Assembly (NCBI GenBank): GCA_024626585.2
Contig: JANKJI020000002.1
Coordinates: 206,641,494-206,660,002 of the forward strand
Source: Ginkgo biloba
Lineage: Eukaryota; Plantae; Ginkgophyta
DNA length: 18,509 nt
Reading direction: 5' to 3'
Shown: piece after piece, positions 1-10,512 of the stretch
Numbering within the stretch: the stretch's first letter is position 1
Layout of the letters: each line of letters opens with the position of its first letter
The notes under the pieces: generated by a model
The model's input: only the letters and a program-made list of their open reading frames with translations
Told to the model about the DNA's origin: nothing
Database searches by the model: none
Position numbers and translations under genes: made by a program

Positions 1-1365
1 TCATGATTCACTTTTTCTTCTTCACAAAAAAAAAAAAATAACATCAAAATAAATATTTTTTTTTACTACATTATGAAGGTTCATACATATATGTTTGAGG
101 ATTTGGTTAAATAATAAGATAATTACAAATAATAGAGTGATGAGAATAGGGATGAACACACTTTTCAATTAAGATATAAATTTTGGCTTCACAATTCAAA
201 GTAAAGATTCAAGAAGTAAAAGATTAATCCACTTTAGTATGGGTCATATGTTATCGAGGAAAGTTTCCTTTCTTAGGGAATTTAATAAAATTATGAATAC
301 TAAATTGGGGAGGAGAAGGTCTTTGGAAATCAAGTAAAATACACAAGGTAGTTTACCATAAATTCTTTCTTAGTAAGTAAAAAGGAAAAATACCCACAAT
401 AGGATAGGTAGGTCACTTTTAGTAGAATAAAAAAAGATTTTTCTCACTTGGTGGAGAAAGTAATGGGTCTATAGCTTCCTTAGAGAGGAATAATTGATGA
501 GTGAAAGGAATTTAAGAACCTAGAGAGGACATGTGGGCCCATTCATGAGAGGGGCCAAGTATTAATGGTGTTAAAGATTTATGGGGTAAGGACAATTATT
601 TCTTTACATATAAAAAGGTGAGATAATGTGCATCTTTATATTAATTTTAATATTTGGGATATTTTTACTTGGATTAGTATTAAAATTATTATATAATATT
701 TTTCTCCTATTTTTTGAGATGTTTAGTAAAATCATATATACTTTCAACTCATCCAGACAAACAAGTTTCTTATACTACTTTTGAGATACTTAATAAAATC
801 ATATGACCATACACATACAACTCTTGTATGCATACAAGGTGCTAATAATATGTGTTTTTAATGTATATCTAGGATAAAAGTTATTACATATACTCACAAT
901 CACACTTACACATAATTATGCGAAGTTAATTATAAATTTTTAGAAGACTTCATTATATGCATCAATTGTATACTAATAAAATCCTTTAATATTAAAACTC
1001 AAATATATGTTCTTATTCTCCTTTTATGGTTGATTTTGTATCATCTAATTATAGATAAAATAACTTTAGGTATAATATTGGCCTTTTCAAGTTTTGTTCG
1101 ATAGGATGTTTTGTTTAGTTTTAAAACATATTAAGTTTTTAAAAAACCAACTTCATTTGAGAAAGTTATGTTGATTTTTATGTAGGGTTATAAACTAGTT
1201 TTGAAACTCAATAGGTATGTTATGGGGAGTATAATTTATTTTTTAGGTTATTATTGAGTTTAAACCACTTCATATTGGTTTCTCATTCTTTCTTACTTTC
1301 AAAGGATATTAATTTTTTAAGAAATAAAGATTTGATACAAACACTATTACTATTTTACAAAAAGG

Positions 1366-1670
1366 TGTCAAAGTTATATATTTATTATTATGCCTACGGT
1401 TTACTTGCCTCCACATTATTTTTGGATAGTTTTTGAGATTTTTCACCCTATAACACATCACAAATGCATTCTCTATATATAGTAGGGAATCCTTCTTAAG
1501 TAGAGAGGTAATCACAAGATATTAAGAGATAAGAGAATATTAGTTGTAATAAGGGAAAAAATAACTATTTTGAAGCCTCTATCTTATATGACGCTTTTGG
1601 TGTTATAGGAAACTTCCTTTCTAAGAAAACCAAATGACCATTCTTAGAGCTACATATTCCTGTCATGACA
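1366..1670 (+). mobile_element. Putative 5' LTR (~305 bp) of an LTR retrotransposon
   Basis: Begins TGTCA (1366) and ends TGACA (1666-1670), a 5-bp terminal inverted repeat. TATA-like CTCTATATATAG at ~1471-1482. Followed after 2 nt (AG) by a PBS. The left boundary is inferred only from the TIR match. Confidence 0.55.
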
Positions 1671-1672
1671 AG

Positions 1673-1697
1673 TGGTATCATGCTTAGGTTTGGATCT
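1673..1697 (+). promoter_or_regulatory. Degenerate primer-binding site complementary to tRNA-iMet 3' end
   Basis: TGGTATCATGCTTAGGTTTGGATCT versus the plant tRNA-iMet complement TGGTATCAGAGCCAGGTTTCGATCC (18/25 ungapped by hand), directly after ...CA-AG. Confidence 0.7.
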
Positions 1698-1728
1698 CAA
1701 AGGAAAAAATTATAATTGTATAAAGATT

Positions 1729-1852
1729 GATATATATATATAATATATATAGNNNNNNNNNNNNNNNNNNNNNNNNNNNNNNNNNNNNNNNNNNNNNNNN
1801 NNNNNNNNNNNNNNNNNNNNNNNNNNNNNNNNNNNNNNNNNNNNNNNNNNNN

Positions 1853-1886
<34 letters not shown>
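1729..1886. repeat. (TA)n microsatellite spanning an assembly gap
   Basis: TA runs on both sides of the N run at 1753-1852. Confidence 0.9.
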
Positions 1887-1888
<2 letters not shown>

Positions 1889-2340
1889 TATCTAATAGAA
1901 GTTATATAATAACTTGGAGCATAATTGGAAGTAATTTAGTACCAAAAATATGGTCAAATAACGATCAAATAAGTTGATCATTAGGGAAACTTTGCATTTT
2001 CACTTTCCCTAAGGAAGGTGATTATTGGAGATCTCCTTCTCCACTAAATATAAGGGTTGCATTCAATTCATAATATGGTGAGATGTGTAAGAGTAATTAC
2101 CTGAAGGGGTGAAATACATATGTAAGAAGCAATCAATGAACTCTAATTCAAATTTGGAAAGAGAGAATAGGAACTCTAACATGGACAAGTTTATCACTAG
2201 AGCACCTTATAGGAGATCTAATTTATAAGAGACCTAATTGGATGATGTATTTGTGTAGGGTATGAAAGGGGTCATGAGGAATAAATTACCCAAGGATTTA
2301 TGTAGATGAATTCTTAGTTTATTAAGAAATTAAAATTATT

Positions 2341-2875
2341 AAAAAAGGAAAGGTTGTTGGAGTCTATGTGGGGTGTCCATCCTTTGTTGAAGTCTTAAAG
2401 GAATGGCTTAAAGTAAATTAGATTCCAAAAGGAGTTAAATTTTAACTTGTAAGATACCTTACTCAAGGAATTTTCTTATTTTTATTTTCTACCAAATCAT
2501 GTATTACTAGGGTTTTGAAACAAAGTGTTTAGTAGTGTGGTAGGAGCATGTTTATAATAAAAGAATGGCCTCTTAAATTAATTCACCCTTTTGTGTTGTA
2601 TGGGAAGAAATTTAAGGGCTTCAAATTGGTCTATGGAAATTATTAATTAAAATTGTTATGCCTATTGGAATATTTAGAGTGATAGATCAAGTTACAAATC
2701 TTGTCAATAGGCCCAATGTTAGGGTTTATGTTTTTATTGATTTAATAAAGGATTAGTCAAAAAAGTTGAAATTAATATTGTCCAGAGTAAGATAAAACAT
2801 AGGGTTATATTCTTTGGGTTTATTAATTCATATTGTAAATGTAGAGAGTAAGGACATAGATTGAAATACTATCAC
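2341..2875 (+). mobile_element. Decayed L1-type LINE ORF1 (DUF4283-like region plus CCHC zinc knuckle)
   Basis: Hand translation: GVYVGCPSFVEVLKEWLKVN*IPKGVKF*LVRYLTQGIFLFLF (from ~2359), GRSMFIIKEW (2539), PNVRVYVFIDL (2712), and YCKCRE*GHRLKYY (2831-2872; CX2CX4HX4C with two TGT->TAT changes). Multiple stops and frameshifts. Confidence 0.75.
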
Positions 2876-3250
2876 TTATTCAACGATAAGGATATATTTC
2901 CTATTAAAAAGATAATTATCTAAGGAAAGTAGGGAGAGAAAAATAAGATTTCTAAAGAAAATAAGAAAGAAGAACCAATTAATATTTTTAAAACTATAAA
3001 ATCATTATATGAACTTATTAATTCAAATATTAATAAATAAATGAATTATAAGTCCTTAGGTACCATATCTATTTCTCCCATGAGGGGAGGTACAAGGAAC
3101 TTTCCTATCGAAGTTGATAAATTTAACAATAAAGATAAAGAGTCCCAAGTTGAATGCATAAAATTTAGTTTTCTTCTAGAAGTGTCTAAAGTTCATTTGT
3201 AGGAAATAATCATTTTGAGGTTTTATAGAAATTTTCCTCTAAAAATTGAC

Positions 3251-3623
3251 ATTATAATTATGTCATGGAATTTGAAAGGATTAGAGTCAATGGATAGAAG
3301 ATTTTTAATGAGAATATTTTATAATTCAATTTAAAAATTTAGAAATCCTATGTCTACTGGAGGTTAAAACAATTGGTAATGGATTAATATTGGCACTATA
3401 GTATATTTGGATAGGCGCTAATATTTTATATACACATCATATATAAGGAAGAGTTAGTGTGATTATTATTATCAAAGGTGATGTGGACTTAAATGAGATT
3501 ACCAATGGTGTTATTCCTTATAATACAGTATTTTGGTCGATACTTAAAAGTACATATGTAATTTTTGGAGCGACTTTAATTTATGTGCCTAATTCTCCAG
3601 AAGAAAGAAAGCTGTTGTGGGAT
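3251..3623 (+). mobile_element. Decayed LINE ORF2 N-terminus (APE endonuclease), running into a gap
   Basis: IIIMSWNLKGL (3251-3283; SWNVRGL motif), ILCLLEVK (3345; LQE motif), GRVSVIII, and IYVPNSPEERKLLWD (IYAPN..ER..LW), downstream of ORF1 on the same strand. Confidence 0.85.
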
Positions 3624-3964
3624 NNNNNNNNNNNNNNNNNNNNNNNNNNNNNNNNNNNNNNNNNNNNNNNNNNNNNNNNNNNNNNNNNNNNNNNNNNNNN
3701 NNNNNNNNNNNNNNNNNNNNNNNTTATCTATTATGCATCTCTCTCTCCCTTTCTATGTTTATTATTTCTACATGCTCAACCTAATAAAGAAAAATAATTA
3801 TTTTTAATTCTTATTATACATGGTACATTTACATACAAAATATAATATACTTACAGAGTATTACAAGTGACCTAATAATTACACTATAATCATAGATGTT
3901 CATACATTAATTTAGTTGTTTATGCATTTAAAAAGTATTTCAAATGACCTTACTAATAACTTAT

Positions 3965-3985
3965 ACACACACACACACCCACACA
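3965..3985. repeat. Imperfect (AC)n microsatellite
   Basis: ACACACACACACACCCACACAC-type run. Confidence 0.8.
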
Positions 3986-4049
3986 CTAAAAACAAAAACC
4001 TGTGTCCTTCCCCCACCCCATGACAAAAAAAAATAATGCATACTGTATC

Positions 4050-4500
4050 AAATGAAACAAAAACGAAAAAGGTAGACCGAATGGAATAAAACGAGAATGG
4101 AATAATGAAAAGCATCAAATAAAATGCGAATGGAAACGAAAACAGAAGAACTAAAAATATTGTGTCCATTAAACAGAATGGAAGAATAGAACGGAACGAA
4201 AACAAGAATGCAAGAACGAAACAGAATGGAAGAATAGAGTGAGGACCAAATGGTAACAAAAATATAACAGAATGGAAATGAAACAATAGAATGAAAGATA
4301 AAAACGGAATAACTGATCGAACGAAATAAAAAATGGAAACATGATAGGAATTAAAGATGGAAACAAGAGAAAAATAGAACAATTAACCGAATGACATAGA
4401 AGATAGAAATGGGCTGGGAGCGCGAAACAGAAGAAAAGATAGAAATGAGATTAAACCAAAAATTGAAAATGAAACAAAAACGAAAAATAAAAATGGAAAG
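4050..4500 (+). repeat. Degenerate purine-rich tandem repeat (AACAGAATGGAA/AACGAA units)
   Basis: AAACAGAATGGAAGAATAGA occurs exactly at 4171-4190 and 4219-4238; AACAGAATGGAA again at 4266; AATGGAA recurs throughout. Confidence 0.85.
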
Positions 4501-4569
4501 CATGTCCGACTGACCAGATGCGAATAAGGAAATAACATGTGGCAATTATTTGCCATGGGAATGGACTAG

Positions 4570-5290
4570 CAAAGTCCTAAAAATGCATAGCTTAACCTCT
4601 TCCACTTGTCTTATGGGACTTCCCTCTTTATATAATCTTTAAAATAAATAATGTAAGTCACTACGATAAAAAGAGGGACCTCACCTAAGGTGATAAATAT
4701 GAAAGTTTATGTTGAACATATTCACATTTTCTTTTAAGGCCTTTGTTATTTGAGTAGTTAGAATCACCATAAATATTCAAACCATGATCATTAGATGAGA
4801 AGTGTTACATGAATGACTATATTATGACCACTTTACAATATGTTATAGAAGGTAATAACTTATTGTGGAGAATTGGCAAGTTTATAACATGAAGGTCACT
4901 AGTAATTCTCATGTGAAATTTTAGTGATGATTTATTGATATTAATTAGTATGTGATAAGGGAACCTAGACATAAGGCGTCAAAAGGTTTAATTTCACAAA
5001 TAAGCACATATGCTTATCTCTAAGGTCTTATCCATCTATTTCCACAATTAGTTCCATGATAATTGAACTAATGATTTAAAAGAATAGAACTAAAACAAAG
5101 TAAGTTTATCCTTGGAGGTGTAATTAACTAAAAGTGTAACCCTCTTCAAGGTTTTAAGGCCCTAATTTATATGTAAGAGTAATTGCTTACAAGAACAAAC
5201 ACTCATACACATAATTATGGATGTCAAAAATATTTCATTACGTTTTAATCATGTGCGTAGCCCTATTAAACTATAAGTATCTAACCATGA
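4570..5290 (+). pseudogene. Highly decayed RLK/Pelle kinase unit K1 (subdomains ~VIa-XI)
   Basis: Acceptor ttttaag then G^LCYL (4738-4752; GLEYL); cat aaa tat -tc aaa cca ~HRDIKP (4768); LDEK (4791); VTSNSHV.NFSDDLLILISM (4895-4952; LTxKSDVYSFGVVLLELISG). Requires frameshifts. Confidence 0.5.
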
Positions 5291-5399
5291 GATTACAACA
5301 CCTTGATCCATGTGGCTAAACTCTTGCATAATAATAATGGTTGATGTATCCCCCTCTCTCCCACTTGAACATTCATTTTTGAATTCTAGAGAATCACCC

Positions 5400-5830
5400 T
5401 TTATAAGGCCAATAATGTGCCTATTTGGTATAAAAGATAATTATTTAATTAATTTAAGAACCTCCATCTCTTATCTCCATCTATTTCTCTACTTCAAATA
5501 TTTGGTAGCTATAGTTATATTTTGTATATGTGAATTTGGAGTGAAATGTAAGAAGAATGAAGGCCTTACTTTCTCAATAAATAGAAATTACTATTTCTAC
5601 AAGTAGTTTTTATAACTAATGTGGACTTAGATGAAGATGTCATGGAAATAAAGAATAAGGGTTCCAAAATAGAATTGGATGTCAGTGAGTAAAAATTAAA
5701 ATAAAATTGGAAATTTAACACTAATCTCCTTAGCTAATATCTCTCCTTTGAAGTTATTATGGGTGATGGAATATTATTATACTATTACTCGTAGACATTG
5801 ATAGTTTGGTTAGACCTTTAAACGGATATA
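5400..5830 (+). pseudogene. Very decayed kinase unit K2 (subdomains ~III-X, internally deleted)
   Basis: ISYLHLFLYFKYLVAIVIFC (5466-5525; VSLLSRxHHKxLVSLVGYC); TNVDLDED (5615; xNILLDE); KGSKIELD followed by GTGAGT donor (5657-5690; KGSxGYLD); SFEVI (5744); LIVW-VRPL (~5798-5820). Confidence 0.35.
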
Positions 5831-5994
5831 CTTTTACATTTGAAGGAAACTAGATGGGTTTATCTTCCTTCTATATTTGTCTCACTCTAGAGTTTATTTT
5901 CCATTAAGCATAAATAGGTCATATATTAATATTTTTCTTTTTCTAATTAGTACAAGTCAATTCTTCTATTGCAATAGGTAGTAATTTGGATGTG

Positions 5995-6346
5995 GCTTTA
6001 TCCAATTCAAAAATAAGAATGTCTACCCAAGACGTATCTAATAAAATAACAAGAGGGGGAATTCAGTCTACATTTCATGGATATCTTCTAGACAAACAAG
6101 TGATAGACATCAATGTTCTTTTATTAACAATACAGTTTTAAAATGATGATTTGTTTGCCAAAGTATCCCTAATATATATTTCTTCACTTTATTTTATGGC
6201 ACACATAATTTAAGAAGTCTTACCATGTCATGTCATGACATTGTAGGTCTCTTTACTTTATTAAGTCTACCATAAGTACTCGGTTTCATTAGTTATTTAT
6301 ACATGCGTATATGCATAATATAAGTCCCAAAATGTTATATTCAATG
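5995..6346 (+). pseudogene. RLK/Pelle (LRR-I-like) kinase unit K3, subdomains I-V, with an intron at 6163-6246
   Basis: ALSNSKIRMSTQDVSNKITRGGIQSTFHGYLLDKQVIDINVL...LFAK matches FSYxEIxxATxxFSxKIGxGGFGxVYxGxLxDGxEVAIKVL...EFxxE. An 84-nt GT..TTGTAG phase-0 intron follows, then VSLLY*VYHKYSVSLVIY (VxLLSRVHHKxLVSLVGY), AYMHN, and a G|GTAAAC donor at 6347. Confidence 0.8.
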
Positions 6347-6469
6347 GTAAACCAATGTCCATTTTATGTAATNNNNNNNNNNNNNNNTTATGTAATTAAT
6401 ATTGATGTTTAAGTAAAGACCAAATGGCCTATGGAAATAATCCAATTTTCTCACTTCGTATTCTAATTT

Positions 6470-7050
6470 GGTCTCATTTAAATAGAATCTTATAATTTAA
6501 GTGACAATTTTACAATAGAAATTTAAAATTTAGTTTTAGTAAGTCTTTGTATACATTTTCTAATATTTTCTTTAAGGCCTACATATATCACATCACAACC
6601 CGCAAACATGCAACCCTCTCTAAGTTTCTTATATATGTGATAGCTCTAGATGTAGATTCAAATGCATGTAGGAGCTGACTTGAGTTGCAAAATAAACTTC
6701 ATGTCACCCTAAAATTTGTCAAAGGTTAGTATTTTGCATGGTTAGAATGGTTAATTATGAAGAACCATGGAAATAATTAATAGGTTACTCATTGAGATTA
6801 CATGCATGCAATGCTTAGACTTGCATAGACCNNNNNNNNNNTATATATGATTCTTAGATTTGGAGTATTTACATATCAATACTAATTGCATCATTATTCA
6901 CATAGACATTAAGAGTAATAATATCCTCTTTGACAACCAATTGATGACAATGGTTCTACATTTTGGTTTGTCTATAATTGGTAGATTTCAAGGGGCTAAT
7001 GAACTAAGTCAAAGGTTCTCTTGGTTATTTACATTTGACACAAGTTTTAA
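6470..7050 (+). pseudogene. RLK/Pelle kinase unit K4, subdomains ~I-VIII, truncated before the LINE
   Basis: DNFTIEI..SFSK (GFGK with G->A; 6503-6543); ELQNKLH (~6683); ITCMQCLDL (6797; LTWxQRLxI); acceptor TTCTTAG (6857) then LEYLHINTNCIIIHIDIKSNNILFDNQLMTMVLHFGLS (HRD->HID, DFG->HFG); VKGSLGYL (7008-7031) after a frameshift. Confidence 0.85.
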
Positions 7051-7089
7051 ATGAGTACATAGTTAAATAACATAATATTATATGTCAAA

Positions 7090-9430
7090 ACAATAGGGAA
7101 GGCCAATATAAGTAACATTAATGGATAAATAAGGTCTTAATTAGGTCAATACCTAAAGAGACTGATAAGGAATCAGTGCCTAAATAGAGACTTATCACCT
7201 TATTAAATGTAGGTTATAAAATTCTTATGAAATGTTTAGCAAAGAGAGTGGTAATTATGTGATCTCAAAGGAACATACTATCTTCATAAAAGGTTTTTAT
7301 ATCCTAGAAAATATCTTAAATACTTGATAATGAATGGATTAGGATAAGGGATCTAACCAAAAATATGTAATGGCTATGTTGGATTTTGAAAAATCATGTG
7401 ATATAGTAGAATGGAATTTTGTTGACTATATGCTAATATTGTTGGGTTTTAGAGAAATATTTTATAGATTTATTCAAGTACAATTAAAGGGTGCTTTAAC
7501 AAAACTTTGTATTTATGGTTAAATTGAAGATGGTATAGAGTTACATAGATCCATTAGATAAGGATGTCCTCTATCCACTTCCTTATTTTTTATTGTTGAT
7601 GATGACATTAGTTATATATTATAAGACTATAAAATTCCCCCTATTTGTGAAATTACTCTTCCTAAAAGAAATTATCTCATTAATAATCACTTACCAATGA
7701 CTATAATCTATACAAAAAAGGTGATAACCATAATGTGGAGAGTGCTCTATAACAACTAGACATTTTTTGTCTAGCGTCTAATGTGAAGATTAATCACAAA
7801 AACACAATGGCCTTTCTATCTTGGAGATAAAAAGGTGAATAATTCTCTTTGGAGTTTAATTTAAAATTGTTGGAAAGAGGATAACTTATCAAATTTTTTG
7901 GAATCCCATTCAGACATGATGTCACTCTTGGCCAAATATGGAAAGGGTTATGGAGAAAATTAGAAAGAAGATGTGTAAATGGAGTAATATATTATTATCC
8001 ATAGTTGACATATTTGAGATCTATTTTAAGTTCCTATAAATGTTTAATATCTAATATGCATCATGTTGGTCTCCTAAAAAGAATCATACAAAGAAACTAT
8101 AAAAGATATTTAAATATTTTATTTTGTCATATGATAGAGGAGGATGCAAGGTCCATGCACTTATAAGGGACTTATTTTATTCCAAAATGTTTAAAGGGGG
8201 AATGGGGATTAAAAAAAATGATAATTCATGAACAAACAATGGACACTATATGGATTTTAAAGGAAATTAAGGGTGATGAATCTTGGAAACAATTGCAAAG
8301 GAAGAATATAAAGGATAGTCATCTAAATGATAAAATTTCATAGAAAGTATTATCTTTCTATAATGCATGCTTATGTAAATCTCCCTATAAATTCAAATGT
8401 TATTTGATGTTTCAGTATAGGTGAAGATGGAATAGACTATTATGGTTATTGTTTCCTAAAATAGAGAACTCAAGATCAAGTTCTTCCTCTACCTTCCATT
8501 CATTATGGTGGAATGAAATGGAACATAGGGAGTATCTTGTTTATAATAGATGGTTTCCATCCTTCATATGAAATAATAAAGGTATAAGGATTTTATTATA
8601 TCTATGAAATATTGGCCTAAGAAAATGAAAAACTTGGGAGAAGGTACAAGTGAAATTTAACTTAAAGAATAATGAAAAGATCATTTTTTGAGAGACTAAT
8701 TAATAAACTAAATTACTTAAGATTTACTTACTACTTAAGCATAATCCTAAATTTTTTGAAGAGGTAGAAAAGAAATGGAAATTTAATTGGTACCCATACG
8801 AATGTGAAACAACCTTTGACTACCTATGATCTTTATGCTTAGAGACTAGGAATCAATTCTTTATCTGGTAATCAACATTGGGTAAGTTTAATTTTAAACA
8901 ACATTTAAGTATATTTATATATATGGGAAGTAATTGAGATGTTTTTTGTTAGAAAAAATCCTTGTATCATTTGTTATGGAACTACTACTTTTACAAGAAT
9001 TATTGGAATCTATTTATTTATAGCTTATGGAGTTTATTTCATAAGAGAAGTAAACTAAAATTAGGCATAAGATAAATAATAGGAGGAATAAGTGGTAATG
9101 ATGAATGAAAATAGGAACTTTGAACTCCTATGAGGGGTGCAATTTAATTTTCCATTTAGAAGGTNNNNNNNNNNNNNNNNNNNNNNNNNNNNNNNNNNNN
9201 NNNNNNNNNNNNNNNNNNNNNNNNNNNNNNNNNNNNNNNNNNNNNNNNNNNNNNNNNNNNNNNNNNNNNNNNNATTATATAGGAGAGGAGAATAAAAAAG
9301 TATTGATATCCATAATGTTTTTAAAGAGAGGGTGTTATGGTGAGAGTTCAACAGATCATTTTTTATCGATAAAGTTAATGATAAGTGAATGTGATTGTTA
9401 CGAAACAAAAAGTTATTCATTCATCTAAAT
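7090..9430 (+). mobile_element. Decayed L1-type LINE ORF2: reverse transcriptase plus C-terminal zinc-finger region
   Basis: IRSIPK...*RLITLLNVGYKILMKCLAKR (7185); FIKGFYILENI; LDFEKSCDIVEW (7379); RSIR*GCPLS (7547); eroded FADD as tt-acc-aat-gac (7691-7701); FCLASNVKINHK; KFFGIPF; YASCWSP; GGMGI; SLYHLLWNY (~8958). Many stops and frameshifts. Confidence 0.92.
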
Positions 9431-10512
9431 CCTTCAAAGCATGATGATGGAATTTATAATCCTTTTAAATTATCCATATAAGTTTAAAGGATCTTGTTAG
9501 ATATTACCTTCATTACCAAAGCATTCATAAGAAAAGTACATCTTGTCCTTATTTAGGATAAATATTGATTGGTTTCTTGTACTTTATCATAGAGAAAAAA
9601 TGATTTTCATACACTCTAACAAGTACTAGTCTTTTCACTACAATTATTTACATTCTTACTTAATTTGCATGTGTAAAATTAAAATTGATATATCATTTCA
9701 TCTGCAATACTAAAACTTAATATGTTTGAATATTAATATTATATTAATAATAACAAAGTTGTAATTATTAATCTCCTAAAAATTATTTAAGAAACTAAAT
9801 TATTAACTTTTAAAGTTAATTAGTTTAAGCATTTAAGAAGAGAATGGTTTATTTAAATTAAATCTAATCTAAATAAATGAATTTGATTTTGGAAAATAAA
9901 CTTTGAATAAAAATAATGTTTGATTTCTTATTTAATAAGCATGTTTAGTTTAATCATAAATGACNNNNNNNNNNNNNNNNNNNNNNNNNNNNNNNNNNNN
10001 NNNNNNNNNNNNNNNNNNNNNNNNNNNNNNNNNNNTCAACTTATTGCATGAATGATTAATAAATATTAACTTAGTATAAATGAATGGTCTAATATAGTGA
10101 ATAATGCAATATAATAGTTGAGTAATTGTGATTTGATTAGATAATTGTAGTTATAGGTTGAAAATTTGAATTAATAATTAGTTTCATTCATTATTGGTTA
10201 ATCAACAATATGTTTATTTTGAAAAGAAATATATCTTTAGGTAAAATATATAATGCATAGCTAAATGTTTATTCTTATCAGATAAAATTTCATAATCTAT
10301 TGCTATTTGACTTTAACTCTTAGTTTTAACAAACATATAGTTGTATTCATCAAGTGAAATTGTATCTATACCTATGTGTCAACATGTAATAAATTTAATA
10401 GGAAATTAGGNNNNNNNNNNNNNNNNNNNNNNNNNNNNNNNNNNNNNNNNNNNNNNNNNNNNNNNNNNNNNNNNNNNNNNNNNNNNNNNNNNNNNNNNNN
10501 NNNNNNNNNNTC

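Larger units (their letters stand above)
3727..4569 (+). mobile_element. Probable non-autonomous Helitron; 3' end supported, 5' end tentative
   Basis: Hairpin TGGCAA-TTAT-TTGCCA (4540-4555), which extends to CGTGGCAA/TTGCCACG if two CpG->TpG changes are reversed, then GG, AATGGA and CTAG (4566-4569). Candidate 5' end A|TCTATTAT at 3727. The base after CTAG is C rather than the canonical T. Confidence 0.55.

Noticed and set aside
70-600. Possible further LINE ORF1 relic
   Set aside because: Only vague fragments (TLVWV, LGNLIK, KVVYHKF); too weak to call without an alignment.
1727-1909. ORFs containing X runs (also at 3583, 9061, 12090-12349, 13446 and 17601)
   Set aside because: Artefacts of N gaps, (TA)n tracts or low complexity.
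3912-4545. Hydrophobic minus-strand ORFs (156, 65 and 64 aa) as membrane proteins
   Set aside because: They are the T/C-rich reverse translation of the purine-rich repeat.
6240-6308. Transmembrane helix IVGLFTLLSLP*VLGFISYLY of a receptor kinase
   Set aside because: Another frame gives VSLLY*VYHKYSVSLVIY (subdomains III-IV) exactly after a splice acceptor, a much better explanation.
6364-6396. TTATGTAAT on both sides of a short N run as a target-site duplication
   Set aside because: More simply an unmerged contig overlap across the 15-N gap.
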